Shown here: positions 27,261 through 40,200 of the stretch, piece by piece
How positions within the stretch are numbered: the first letter of the stretch is position 1
How the letters are laid out: each line of letters opens with the position of its first letter
From: Leptogorgia sarmentosa
Lineage: Eukaryota
DNA length: 64,000 nucleotides
NCBI GenBank assembly: GCA_964658305.1
Contig: OZ210884.1
Coordinates: forward strand, 3,720,001 to 3,784,000
Direction: 5' to 3'
Program-made: the position numbers and the translations under genes
The notes under the pieces: model-generated
What the model saw: only the letters and a program-made list of their open reading frames with translations
Told to the model about the DNA's origin: nothing
Databases searched by the model: none

Positions 27261-29020
27261 AATTCAATTTTAATATTAAAATATACCAGTTCTTACCTAA
27301 AAGTAAGCATGACTGTCCTATATACTACAGCAGTGCATCAGCATCAAACAAGATATAGTTTTGATTCCTGTCTGAGGATGTTGATGGATTATTCTCCATG
27401 GACTTGAATTTCGACATGTGTTTCATTTTTCCTCGATGCTTAGGCTATCTTCAGCATAGAGTACAGTGCCAGAAAATCAAACTCATTTTCCCATTACAAT
27501 TACCTAATACGCATAAACTTAATTCAAAAGCAATAAATGTACAGAGAAATTCAGCCCCCTACAGACTCCTTTCTGATCAAACAGCCTGCAGGCTGCAGTG
27601 AAAAACATGGCGAAAAATATATTATATAGCAACTTAGTGTAAACTTTGAAGTGAATATTGAATTTCCTACATTCTGATTGGTGGAGGTATTATCTCTCCG
27701 TTGAAAGTGATTATAGAGGTATTTGTATTTTTCAACATGGGTCCTTGTTTCGCAGTACTAGTGCTATAGCTACATGGAGTTTTATCCGTCATTGTCAAGG
27801 AAATTAAAATAAGAGAATTTATAGAGAAAACTCGCTTACAGATTCGACAGTTTGTATCATTTACGTAGGACTTTTCGCGCTTTTTTATTCGATTGTTATT
27901 CAAGGTTACCGTTTTTTTATTTTATTAAAGCACTTAGCAATGTCAAATACTTCATAGGCCCGTAACTAATATCGAATAACTTTCGTTGTCTTCAGCCAAC
28001 CAGGGACAAGAGTAAAATGTTTGTCTCAGTTAATCAGAAGAGACTCTCAGGCATAGTTGTCGCTAATTCAACTTTGTAGTGTGTGGCGAATATATGGAAC
28101 CACGACATGAAATGATCCAAAAATTTCCCCAATATACTGTTGCATGGTCTATTTTCCCAATACACATTAGGTGTATTTCCCCAATTGATACACTTAAGCG
28201 TTTTGTCGAGTCGAGCTGATTCTGAATGCTTCCCCACGAGCCAAAGTGAAATACCGAAATTTGACAGTATAACACATATTATTGCTATTGAAAAACAACA
28301 AACTGGGGTTTCTCCTATTTATGGAAGAGAAATCAACGTTCTCCGTTGTCTGTAGTTACTTTATAAAACGTAACACTGATTACAAAGTAGTTTGGTGCAG
28401 CTGTGATTAATGGGATATAGCTTGAGCTCATTTAATCCTGCAGCGTATACTTTTTTTCCATTTGAATTCAAACATTAAATTTACCAACCCAACCCTCACT
28501 AAACCGCCTACAATCAATCTAACTTGAATTAATTTAAGCGGGGGAGGTTTCGCACTCCAACTTCTAGCTTCACACTCCCCCTCACATAATGAACTGATCA
28601 GTTAGTTGAACATAACATATTATATTAGGTCACTTTCATGTACTAGTTCAGCATATTAGGGTACAAACTATATTTGGGTATAAACATTCAATACCTCGTC
28701 AATATTTCCACAACACGGTACTCCATACAAGAGAGTCTTAAAAAACAGATATCTCCGCCTATGCAAATACCCAAATTTCATTGCCTCTGGGAATTCACAA
28801 CATGTCCTAATCGTATGAGCAAGTTCAAGATTGTTGTAGGGCCTCGGAACGAAGGTTGCATGGCTTAACGTGAAATTTATATCGATAAGAAGTTCTTTGA
28901 TGAGATCAATATTTCTAGGACATTATATTTTGCAAATCATCGCAACCGAGTTTTATAACAGCTTATCATGGATGTGGTGTCGCGTCAGCCTCATATCTTT
29001 TCAGTATATTCTTTCGACAA

Positions 29021-29232
29021 CAGGGTCGTAACAAGAGCGTTAATTTGTGTGTGAGAGGGGGGGGGGGAGGGGGGGTATGTTCATATATTCGTGTTCTGCT
29101 TGACGGATTTCTTGTGAAATCGGTTGTTTTTGAATTAATCTCTAAAGAAATGCGTTGGGCAGAAAATGAATATATATATGAATATACCCCCCCCCCCGCC
29201 CCCACCCAATTAACGTTCTAGCTATGGCTTTG
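29021..29232. mobile_element. Degenerate hAT-like MITE, same family as 55120-55301
   Basis: CAGGGTCGTAACAAGAGCGTTAATT + poly-G at the left; poly-C + CAATTAACGTTCTAGCTATGGCTTTG at the right. Confidence 0.7.
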
Positions 29233-30862
29233 TTTGATCCACATCCTTCCCTTGCAGATTCGCTAACCTCAAGGTATGATATGAGTGACTTCAGATTTTT
29301 TGCGTAAATGCGTGAAATTATTGTGCTCTTGGATAATCTCTGATAGATGTTGCACAAAGTTTGGGCGACTATTTACTGCTGCGCGCTTCCAGCAAAAAGC
29401 GTGGTGTGATGGTTGGCAAGGTACTTTACCCATAATAATTCCCGAAATGTCTACCACGCATGGATTTATATTTGTACGGGTAAAATGATATTGAATCGAT
29501 GACTGTTTAGCGAGGCCGCCATTCTTGTTTGATTTTGAACCAATCTGTCGCTTGAGCTCTAATTTGATTGCTTCAAAGTGACTACGGAAAATTGCAGTGT
29601 CGTAACAGAAAATTGTACTGTGATTACAGAAAATTGCACTATGTCTGTGATAACGGAAAATTGTACTGTGGTTTTGGGATTAACTGCACCGAAGTAAACC
29701 AATCACAGTCGAGTAATAATTTTATATATATTATTAAACTAGAAATATCCATACCACTACTTTTGCATTTTACGATTCACTGAACTAAACGAACGAAACT
29801 TTTGGCGCTACCATCCTCATACAAAATAATTATAGTGGCTCGCCAAAAATGACGAGTGATATCTCCTTGAACATTAGTTCAGCCTTGATTTCTCCGAGTC
29901 CTTGATCACCGGAAAACAGGATTACAAGGCTTATCTTTTCACAATCAAGCAAAATCTTTCCTAACCCGCGAACAGGCATGCTCTGGGAACGAGTTTTAAT
30001 CAATAAATCAATCAATCGAGCATTGCCCGATTGTGTAATCCAATGAAACTGAAATTCCAATGTTTTCGTGGCCGTACGAAAAGCAAATTGTGAAACTATT
30101 AATAGTTTTTTGTCTCATTCACCGCAAAATTTGATTAAATTATCGTGTTCCGCGCGCGCGCGCTGCGTAGCCCTATCGGTTAACACCATGTTGACTTCAG
30201 GATAAGTGTTGAAAATGTCGCGTTCCTGTTTTTCATGTTTGGACGGAAGAATACGTTGGTCGACAGTAATTTTCAACAACTATGAAGGAGCTAAGTGCCA
30301 AACGAATTTTTCACACGTAACTTTTGACAAAAAAGATCATTGTCAAAACGAGTGCATGAGAAAGTCTAATTGAGCGTTTCTAGACTTCATCTCAAATTAA
30401 TACTGGACGTAATTCTTTTAGTGCAATTTGACACAGTAGTTATAGAAGTACAGGGACAGGACAGCCGCAGAGCTGGTGTGAGTTATATAATACCATAAGT
30501 AAGATTGAAAAGCAATATGACGCAGTTAAAATTTATTGGCGTGTGACATTGAAATCACAGTTCGAAAATACAGATTTGCGTGACGAAAACATGTATAATT
30601 GATATTTCCGTTGGGCGCGCAAATAGCTGACAATCCAAATCAACATCAACTGCGTCATCACGAATGTTCAACGCACGCGCACATCATAATTTAGCGCGAA
30701 ATTTTTGCATAGAAGAACCAATGCGTGCATGCAATACTGAACCAAATAAAATTGAACATTCTGATTATATTTAACAACAGAGCAGTCAACAAAAACGTGA
30801 CCTTGCGCGAAATGGTCCAAAGTATATAATGCAGTAGCTTGAGACAACTTGTGTTAAAACTA

Positions 30863-31052
30863 CAGTGGACGACGTGAATACGACCACAATTCGGCCAGAT
30901 TGTTTTGGTCCCTTTAACGAGCCTGTCGTATTAACGGGGTTCTTTCACTGCATGGGAAATGCACTGGTGTTCTCAGTGTTCGGGGCAAGAAAAGCGGTTG
31001 TAAACTTGTATAATAACGAGGTGGGCCGTGATCGTATAGAGGGGTTCCATTG
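30863..31052. mobile_element. Degenerate Tc1/mariner-pogo-type MITE
   Basis: TA|CAGTGGACGACGTGAATACGACCAC ... GTGATCGTATAGAGGGGTTCCATTG|TA: imperfect TIRs with TA flanks. Confidence 0.5.
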
Positions 31053-33038
31053 TACAACAAGTCAACAGCGAACAATTGCGCGATAAACTGACCACTATCT
31101 ATGTATTACAACTTACTTTGATTGGCCTGGTCCACAAAACTTTCAATTTCTTCCTTGAAGTAAAGTAAGATAAAAAAGGCCGAGAACACAATAGGATATT
31201 TATATTGATTAACAGTCTACTTCAGAATGAAATTTAGAAGTTAAGTTGACTGTTTTATTTGTTTTATTTGCGCAAAGTTAATCCGATTAGCGCACTCTAG
31301 AAATCTATAAATAGCACAACCTCTTAGACCTACGGACATAGCGTGACTGGGCTGGACCACCACATTGCGGATTAGTTCGGAAAAATACGTGTTTTCGTGA
31401 GAACTTTTGCTGACAGCGGAAAATAACCAATTTATCACTTCTCGAACTCTGTTGAAACTTCAAAAACATGCAATCGTTTTGTAAATCACAGGGACATCAC
31501 GTTCCCAAATGTGGCCGACCTTGAGAAACAATGTGTCATTATTAATTTAGCCTTTATTGGAAAATTTATCCAAATTTTCCAATATTGATCGTCCATTAAT
31601 TACGTTTGAAAATGGCTATGCATGTTTTGGGAGAGCATGAAATTCGCCCGGAAATTTTTGAATTTACCGCATTAGATTTTCGTGACCGGTAACTAGTACC
31701 TAGAAGATTATTGCATCATCAAATACCAAATATCGCTGTTCAAAATAAAAAAACAAACTAGTTTGTTTACATTGCGAATTTTACGTCATTTCAACTGGCC
31801 GTATCCCAAGAATCTATAACAGCTGGTAAACAATCCATATCTAATATAGTCAAAAATAGTACTAACAGCATTATGAACGGTACTTCAAAAGCAATCTCGA
31901 TGATTCTGCCTAGAAATTCGTCCCACAAGAAAGAACGGAATGTTGTCGTTTGCCAATTTGAAACTTATTTGCTCGCTCGCCAGATCGAACCATTCGAACA
32001 TTCTTAAGCTTCTTGTTAACACTCCTTGTCCATGTTCCTGATTATTCACAACGGCCAAGCCCCCATCTTGTATTTTACAGCGAAAATATTTGTCAAAAAT
32101 ATTTGGTAGCGCAGTTTTTTTTTCAATATAGAAAAGCGCTGTAGTGCCTGCAACCAAGTGGCGTAATGAGAGGGTGACGAGCCTGCCATTTTTGCTTTGC
32201 TATACGTAAACTTTACCTTCCAGATGAAAAAGCAAGAGCAGAATCGTCTCCTGAAATGCAAGGGCCAGCAATTGTTAAAGAAGGTTTTGGTATTATGGCG
32301 CAGAACTGAGAAGATCGAACAGTTTGTTAAAAACACTGCTAATGCAAATCCAACTGCCTTGCAATTTTTAAATAACCTGGAATTCAGTGAATCTGATGTC
32401 ATGCAGTTATGTTGAAAAAGCTACTGTTGATCAGTGGAAATGTGAAGATTGGTTTCGCCATAATTAAGGTTGGCTTTGTCGGAGACTGCATCATTATTTA
32501 CGTAACATTATTGAAATAACATTGATTCTTTAGGTAATTAAGGTTGAATGATTATGTAGTGATTGACATTTGGATAATACTGGATCAAGAGAGCGATAAT
32601 TAAAAAGGGAAGATTACAGACAGAGATATCAGAACGAGACAGAACTGCGAGTGATTGTGAGCGAATTATATTAATTAAAGTTGTTAGTAAAACCTTGTTT
32701 TTTGTTACTTCGTCGTTGATTTTACGTTGGGCACCTATTAGTAAGGGTTCGATTTACTAAAGCTTTATCTCAGCTTCAAAGTGCAAGGATGTTTTCCGAC
32801 TCGGCAGACATCATTAGAAAGAGAAAGAACTGTGGAAATCACTGCCCTAGCTAAGTCTCTGGTTTCAAAACCAGCCGTAAATGCAGTAAGGAAGTTACCA
32901 AAACAGCAAAACAACCTCAGAGATTGGAGATTGGTTAAGGAAGAAGAAGCAAGAAAATCCTATTTGTCGGTTGCAGGAAAACAACATCACAAAATCCAAA
33001 ATTTATCTGCACGAAAAGAAATGAAACAATGCATGTGA

Positions 33039-33252
33039 TGGGGTCTAAACTCGCCCAAACTCGCCTAAACTCGCCTAAACTCGCAGCATACTGAAATGAT
33101 CTTTTACCCTTAACTCCCCTAAACTCGCCTAATCTCGCCTAAACTCGCCTTACTGACTCGCCTTAACTCGCACAAACTCCCACCAGCTACATAGCATGAT
33201 TTTCCCTTAACTCGCTTTTACCTGCCTAAACTTGCGGCGAGTTTAGACCCCA
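33039..33252. mobile_element. MITE with an internal (AAACTCGCCT)n array
   Basis: Perfect 17-nt TIRs TGGGGTCTAAACTCGCC and GGCGAGTTTAGACCCCA enclose many AACTCGCCT units. Confidence 0.75.
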
Positions 33253-33491
33253 GAGTAGGCCTTTGTTTGTAGATTTTACTCCCGCATAGATTGTTCATTA
33301 CATATAGCTACAATGACCGAATCGCCATATATCTTTGCACGAAATTCATACGCTACCTAACTGACTGATGACAACCCAAAAGTCTGATATTTTATAGACT
33401 TTTCGTTAAGTAACAGTAAGAATCACTTTATAAATAATAAGATCTGCGAATAATTCGAAACAAAACGTATTTAGGCATAGTGTGTATGGGC

Positions 33492-33675
33492 ATTTTATTG
33501 TCAGCATATATCGCTGGTCTTGCCAAATTTTATTGTCAGCATGTATCGGCTGTTCTTGCCATTTTTTATTGTCAGCATATATCAGCGGGTCGACTTGCCA
33601 AATCCTATTGTCAGCATGTATCAACTGGTCTTGTCAAATTTTATTATCAGTATGTATCAGCGGGTCTTGCGAAAT
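33492..33675 (+). repeat. Minisatellite, about 38-40 nt x 5
   Basis: Repeated TTTTATTGTCAGCATRTATC...GTCTTGCCAAA. This explains the overlapping spurious ORFs at 33406-33855. Confidence 0.85.
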
Positions 33676-34018
33676 TTTACAGCCGCCAAAAAAAGATATG
33701 AAACATATATACATTTAAGCAATATGATTGTTATGAAACAATATGATTGCGGACTTTACTCCCCCCTATGGTTTGTTCATTGCATGCAATTAAGAAAATA
33801 TCATATTCTCACAAAACTCAACCTCAAAATTCTCACAAAACGCTACCTTTGGTAACGTAACAGTTAGTTATATGTATAGGTCTAACGTTGACTCATCGTA
33901 AGAGTCACTTCATAAATAGTAAGATCTGTAATTGAATCAAAACATAATTATGTTTGTGCATGCATAGCCGAACCTATTACCCACGCTTATTGTTGTTAAG
34001 CTAAAGAAAGATTTTGTC

Positions 34019-34468
34019 CAGGTGTGACGCGAAATTCCTGACTTGCTAAATACATGATTATCGCAGGTCTGCACATGCGCAGATGATGTGCGTCATCCAC
34101 GCTGGCTCATGAATTTCGCAACTGCTGAAGCTACAACAACACGTTTTACTTTGGAAGAGATTTTTAAGTGATTTTCCTACAAATATTCTTTACGAATGGC
34201 AATAAAAAACACATATATTCCCGATTGTTTTGTAATATCAGAAATATCAAATTGATTCTAGCTTCGGTGTTCGATACATTACATTATTATAGCATTAAAC
34301 ACGATATAAACCGAGATGTGAACCAAGAAAAGTAGTTTTGATTGAGGTTTTTATCGAGTCAGGTATTTCGCAAGCGTCATGTATTTCCCGCCTACACGCG
34401 CGAAATACATGAGCCGTCACGCTTGGTCAGGTATTTCGCAGAGGTCAGGTATTTCGCTTGACACCGGT
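34019..34468. mobile_element. Non-autonomous DNA transposon with subterminal repeats
   Basis: Left GGTGTGACGCGAAATTCCTGAC versus right GTCAGGTATTTCGCTTGACACC; GTCAGGTATTTCGC occurs three times near the right end. Confidence 0.55.
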
Positions 34469-34542
34469 GTGCATTAAGATCGGCGTTCGGCAACATCAAA
34501 GACTCATTATTGTAAGCCGAGTCTTCGGTAGAAAGACTCTTA

Positions 34543-34664
34543 GGCCTGTTTCAGACGTCGAATTTTAGTCGCGTCGAATGTAATTCAGACAAAGGATAAT
34601 GAGCTGATAATGAGGCAATTTAATTGCATTCGACGCGACTAAAGTTCGACGTCTGAAACAGGCC
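34543..34664. mobile_element. PIF/Harbinger-type (Tourist-like) MITE
   Basis: TIRs of about 40 nt, GGCCTGTTTCAGACGTCGAATTTTAGTCGCGTCGAATG and its reverse complement, flanked by TTA on both sides (3-bp TSD). Related fragments near 13920-14015 and 22065-22095. Confidence 0.8.
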
Positions 34665-34969
34665 TTAGAGTCAATTCAGAGTTTGTATACGTATGTTTCG
34701 TTCATTTTGTCATAAAAAATTCTCCATGTGGGTATATACCATAAAGTCTTTAAGTCTATACAGTTTACAAAATGTGTATGTGCAATGTCTCATAAATTAG
34801 CGGTCGTTACGGTAACATAAAAGACTAATAATTGTATAGGTTTATCATGCATTTATAGGCAATAAAGATCGCTTCATATAGATCATTAGACCTAAATTAA
34901 CGCAAAACAAAACGTATGTATTTAGGCGTCATACATGTAGACTCTCAGTTAGCACCTTACACCTGAAAA

Positions 34970-35630
34970 ATGGCTGCGAGCCAAGGAGGTATATCTATAA
35001 ACTTATCCTTTCTTTTTTTTATGTTCATGATATGCATGATTTGAGATTCCCACTAATATCAAATCTACGTTTTCAGGCATAGACTTCTGCCCAAACTGTA
35101 AGGGACCAACAATGATGCCCTCGTGTGGGCATCTCGTACACCTCGAGCAGGTGTGCGAACTCCAAAATGGAGAAAATTTCCAATGCGGAGTTTGCGGGTA
35201 TGTCTCTAATACATTCTTAGATATATATATACATAAATATGTTTAGATGTTTTCTAGTGTGATATGTCTATAATAGCCGGGTAAGCGAAAATGCTTAACC
35301 GCGGCGAGAATCGAACTCGCGACCTTGAGTTACTAGCCCACATATATCATTTACAGTGTGAACACAAACACCATGATATATATATATAATACATCTTGAC
35401 AATCACTAACTTTTCATGTCTTGTTGTTGTACTAGGAAATATGATGAAGGGGTGACGTCGTTATTACACGACGTAGAATATTGGTTATCGTTTCTAAAGT
35501 ATGTATGAAGATTTACGCTGTACCTAAACAATCACAGATAACGTTATCACAAGATCTAGAATTTTTATTTATGCATTTATTTACTTTCTCTTACAGCGTC
35601 TTCAACGTGGTTATAAAAAAATATAACTAG
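34970..35630 (+). CDS. RING-like zinc-binding microprotein, paralogue 1 (57 aa)
   Basis: Exons 34970-34988, 35077-35197 and 35597-35630, all GT-AG with matching phases, give MAASQGGIDFCPNCKGPTMMPSCGHLVHLEQVCELQNGENFQCGVCGVFNVVIKKYN*. AATAAA at 35646. The paralogue at 63148 keeps the splice sites and the 121-nt exon. The first exon is the least certain part. Confidence 0.7.
35257..35385 (-). mobile_element. tRNA-derived SINE fragment in intron 2 of the microprotein gene
   Basis: The minus strand reads GGGCTAGTAACTCAAGGTCGCGAGTTCGATTCTCGCCGCGG (B-box/T-arm-like) without a full cloverleaf. It is absent from the paralogous intron near 63290. Confidence 0.55.
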
Positions 35631-36933
35631 TAATGGCTAAAAAGTAATAAAAGTTCAAAAACCTATACATATACATATGTGTTTTTATTTTACTTTCATA
35701 GTTATGCTATTTGTGCATGCTGAAAAGTAGCTCTAATAGTTCATACGTTTTAGCCTTCAGTTGTCGTCTTTCGCGAGAGCGAAACATTTTTCGCCACTCT
35801 TTACATGTATACTTTAAAAGTTCAAGTCCATTCACCTGAGGTTTAATGTCATGTAGACTGTTCATAAAGTTCTCTGCAACTGTTCCTTCACACACGGAAT
35901 CGAATTAGACCAATAAATTTCAGAACTTTATAACTGATATTCAAATTTTCCAAATGAAATTCATATATTTCCAAATGTTTGCAAATATGTCAGGTAAATT
36001 TCAGATTAGTCCAAAAGATATTCAGATTCTCCATAACAAAATCAGATATTTGCAATTGAAATTCAAACATTAACAAGTACATTTCAGGGAACACCAAACA
36101 AAATTCAAACACGCTCAATCTGTCTATTCCCTTAGAATTACAGGGATTAATACCTGTGCGCAGATAAGCAAGAAAATACCGTAGGAAATTACATGCAAAT
36201 ACAACAACGATAGGTTTAAAAAGAGCTGTAGTTCTGGTTGGCAAGCAGACGATCATAAAACGTTGGACGTAAATCTCCTACTTGTAACCTCGCTTGCTCT
36301 TGTTACTCTACAGTACAATGCCTTGTTGTCTTTATAATCGAATATCGCCCACGGATAGAAGTAATATCATGGTATTTGTTAGATTGTAGCAAAAAAAATT
36401 TGTGTGTAATAATCATGTAAGAAAAATTTATGAATGAAGGTAATGCTAAAATATTCTTGAATTCAAAATGAATGAGTCTGAAATCCATTATGAATTGTGT
36501 GAAATTGTATTGCATTATCTGAAGTTTACTTGAACATTTCTGAAATTCACTTGCACTTCTGCACCTTCATTTCCATAACCTGAAATTCATTTGAACACTT
36601 TTGAAATGAATGTGTCAATGTCTGAAATAGACTTGTATTAACTGAACCTCACTTGCAAATGTCTGAAATTGACCTGTGTTTTCTGAAATTCGTTTAGAAA
36701 TCACTGAAAATGACCTGGAAAAGGTGTAGTTAAATAAGATAATTTTGTAACCACCTATATATTAATTAGTCTAATAAATATAGGCTAAAATCTGTTGTAG
36801 GAAACAAAAATATGTTATGTATGCATCGATCTTTCCCGAAGTCACGCAAAAGTTTCCAACCGTAGACATTTGACCACTACAATTGTCAAAATATTTGTCT
36901 GTCACCTAGCAACGCTTTGGTCACCTAGCGATC

Positions 36934-37023
36934 TAGCCTGCGTAGCAGGCGGTCCTAATAGGGCGCGATAGGGTAGTTACTTTACCTATCGCGCCCTATT
37001 AGGACCGCCTGCTATGCAGGCTA
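36934..37023. mobile_element. Palindromic MITE with 9-bp TSD about 200 bp upstream of NIDO gene A
   Basis: TAGCCTGCGTAGCAGGCGGTCCTAATAGGGCGCGATAGG ... CCTATCGCGCCCTATTAGGACCGCCTGCTATGCAGGCTA, flanked by CTAGCGATC and CTGGCGATC. Confidence 0.8.
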
Positions 37024-37170
37024 CTGGCGATCTTGGCAGCCCACAGCTATTATAGAAATTTCTTATCAAAATTACGCTAAGTAATGATAATTAATTGCAC
37101 ATTTTTGAATATATCAAACAATGTTAACAGCAAGATACATTGTCTGCCGCCGGCATTATTATCGCGATCA

Positions 37171-37178
37171 TATAAATA
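37171..37178 (+). promoter_or_regulatory. Candidate TATA box of NIDO gene A
   Basis: TATAAATA starts 56 nt upstream of the ATG. Copy B has TATAAGTA at 49954-49961. Confidence 0.4.
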
Positions 37179-37226
37179 GAAGACTTTATACTGATCAGCT
37201 CATATTTGTCAGATCAAAATACGGCA

Positions 37227-40200
37227 ATGAAGTCGTGGGTTGTGTTTTTACTTCTTGTTAACGTTTTCCGAGTTGTTTATATGCGGATAGAACTTGAGAA
37301 CTTCTATCCCTATGGACCCCAGAATGGAGATTCGGCAGTACCGAGAAATGATGATGGAAATTCTGGCCGCGTAAATATTGGATTTCCATTTCCTTTCTTT
37401 GACAGCGATCAGAATTCTTTGTATGTAAGTAGCTACCTATAGAATGAGAGGGATAAATTGATGGAGCGATTATCCTGTGCAAGATATACTTTTCTGTTAT
37501 ACGATGATACTGTTATTCGAGGTGAAAATAATTATTAATGCGATATATAATAAATCTGAGCTATATTGAAGATCCTGGGTTAGATATATTATTTCGTGAT
37601 ACGACAACACAATGTAACAATTAAGTCAGAATACAATTATGTGATGTGAAAATTTTAGCGGAGTGTTCAAACCGCAATCGTTTTCATATTTTTAGACAGT
37701 GGTTTTTTGAAAGGTTTTGCATGCCATAAACCATAATTGTTAGCTTCAACTCCAGCACTAATTTTTACCCCCAGTACGGCGAATCGTCCGTCTTTTAAAC
37801 CCCCCATTGTTAGGGTATATCTGCCGAACAACTTAATTGATAATGAAATACTTAAATCAACACGATAATGAAGTCGAAGGCCATTCCTCTGTGAAGAAGT
37901 ATAAATATCCTAGGGGGAAAAATTCCAAATTCCATTCCACAAATTAAAATATCAATCACAATTTTTGTATTGTCCCAGATCTTGCCGTTCGCTATGTACA
38001 TACATATAGGCTATATGATTTCTACCCTTCGCATAATCTGGTCGGAAACCTTGTAGCGAAATGAATTTCAAAAAATAATGAAAATTGAAATACAACTCTT
38101 AAGTGGCCGCGATATACTCTAACTGCTAAGAGCTTCTATAAACAAGTTTCGAGTTGATCACTCTGCAGTTATCTACATAACTACATTTGCAATTCCGAAA
38201 CAAAAAAACATTTCAATTGGCATATTATTGATACTTATTGTAAATATTGGGAATTGCTTTTCCCCAATGCTAAGAATCTCTCACGCTGTCCCGTATATAA
38301 TCTCTCACACTCGCTCTACACTCATGTTATATTACGCTGCTCGCCCATACTTATCTTATCAATCATCTGTTACTTTACGTACTAATTCGATTAATATAAT
38401 GTTGTCATTCTTACTACGTACTATCACCAGTTATATATACTTATCTGTCAACTCTCCAACATAAAGACCTTTACAAAGCTTTGTAAAGGTCTTTCATGAG
38501 GAATTCTTGTGCGGTTTAAACCATTTGTGCTTATTGCATGTTTGCTTAATTCTCCGTCCACATTGTTTGACAGCCAAGTATCAATAATATGCCAATTGCA
38601 AATCATAGATAACTGCACAGTGATCAACTCGAACTTGCATTCTAATTTCGACAATATTTAACTAAAAATTCAGCCGATTTTGAAGCAAAATGAACAGTAT
38701 AATTATCAACGTTTTCAAGCGTAAAATTTAGACGATACAACTATGCAGCCTATATATAGGGTAAATGTCATAAAATAACCAGCGATTATTCTGATAATGA
38801 CCTTGGGCATGAATCTGAACAGTTGAATACCAAGCATAAAAAAATTCCTTTTTGGTGGCCAAAAAATGCGGAGTATTCATAATTATTTGTCCTTAAGTAT
38901 AATTACTGCTATAGCTATCGCAATGGTAAAAAGATATTTGAAACAAATATAAATCGACACAAATTTGTAATGAGACGGCAATGAAATTTTGTATCACGCT
39001 TTTAGTTCTCAGCGTCCTCCAAGATGTTTATATAATTATTAAGCATAAGCTTATGAAACTTGAAAATTTCTATTCATGTTTGGACTTAACATTGGGGAAG
39101 GTGCAGCTGTATGCCAAACAATCATGAAGAATGTTCTGGCTTCATATACCTAAATATCGAATCTCCATTCCATGCATTTCATTAATTTTGTTCCGTACTG
39201 AGGCACGAGTCCTTGTTTGTTTAAAGATATCTTTGAAGCAGGCCACTCGTTTAAACTATTTAAAATACAAATGACTGAAAAGGGTGCTCTGATTCCTCAT
39301 TTTCATAGATATTTCCATGCCGACACTTGATTACATAGTCATACCGGCTACATTTTCTCGGGTGGGCAGGTTTAACACGCGAATAAAAATGTTAACAATT
39401 TGAGTTAGCTAAAACATTTCAGTTAGCTACTATTAAACCATACAATTCCAGCAATAATTGTGTGGGCAAAGTCTGGGATTACGAGCATATTTATGTGAGT
39501 TTGTGGCCCCCAATCACCAATCTCCGAACGCCATTGTTACGAATAATGAAAACACTGCCACAACGACATAATTTATTATACGAATACGCTCTCCATGTTG
39601 CTCGGGCCACCCCTGCCAACACGGCAGATCATCGCTATAATCTCGGCTTAAAAAGCCCAGTTAATATCGTAACAAACCACAATACAACACAATTAAGACA
39701 CTACTTATGGAGACTCTTGGCGCGATGTTTGTCAATTTCTACATAGGTCACAGGAAAGTCTTCTATAGGAACCATTCACAGACAGTTGATAAATCGAACA
39801 ACATCTAGGCTCTAGCACAACATAACTCAACACGACATAAAACAACACTGCCCAACGAAACACAACACAACACAACGGATACCTTATAAATGTCTTGCAG
39901 ATAGATACTATCTTACATTTTTTTTAATGCAGTACATCAATGACATAAATTATTCATTTCATGGCAGATAAACACGAATGGGGTGATCTCGTTTCTTAGC
40001 GCGGTTTCAGGGTTCTCAACAAATGCTTTTCCAATTGGAAGTGGTCTCCGTCTCATCGCGCCATTCTGGGCAGATGCCAACACAAATATTGGTGGTGTTA
40101 TATACTACAGAGAAACTCAAGATCTTGCTACTCGAACACGAGCTTCTGAAGAAATCAGAACGTATTTTGTTCGTCAGAGAAGGTTTTTAGCTCAATGGGT

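Noticed and set aside
32478..32730. Possible solo LTR
   Set aside because: Starts with TG but has no CA end, TSD or second copy.
33050..33675. Short repeats that superficially resemble a CRISPR array
   Set aside because: No unique spacers, no cas genes and a eukaryotic context; these are a MITE interior and a minisatellite.
35290..35345. tRNA gene
   Set aside because: Only a T-arm/B-box-like part is present, so it is treated as a SINE fragment.
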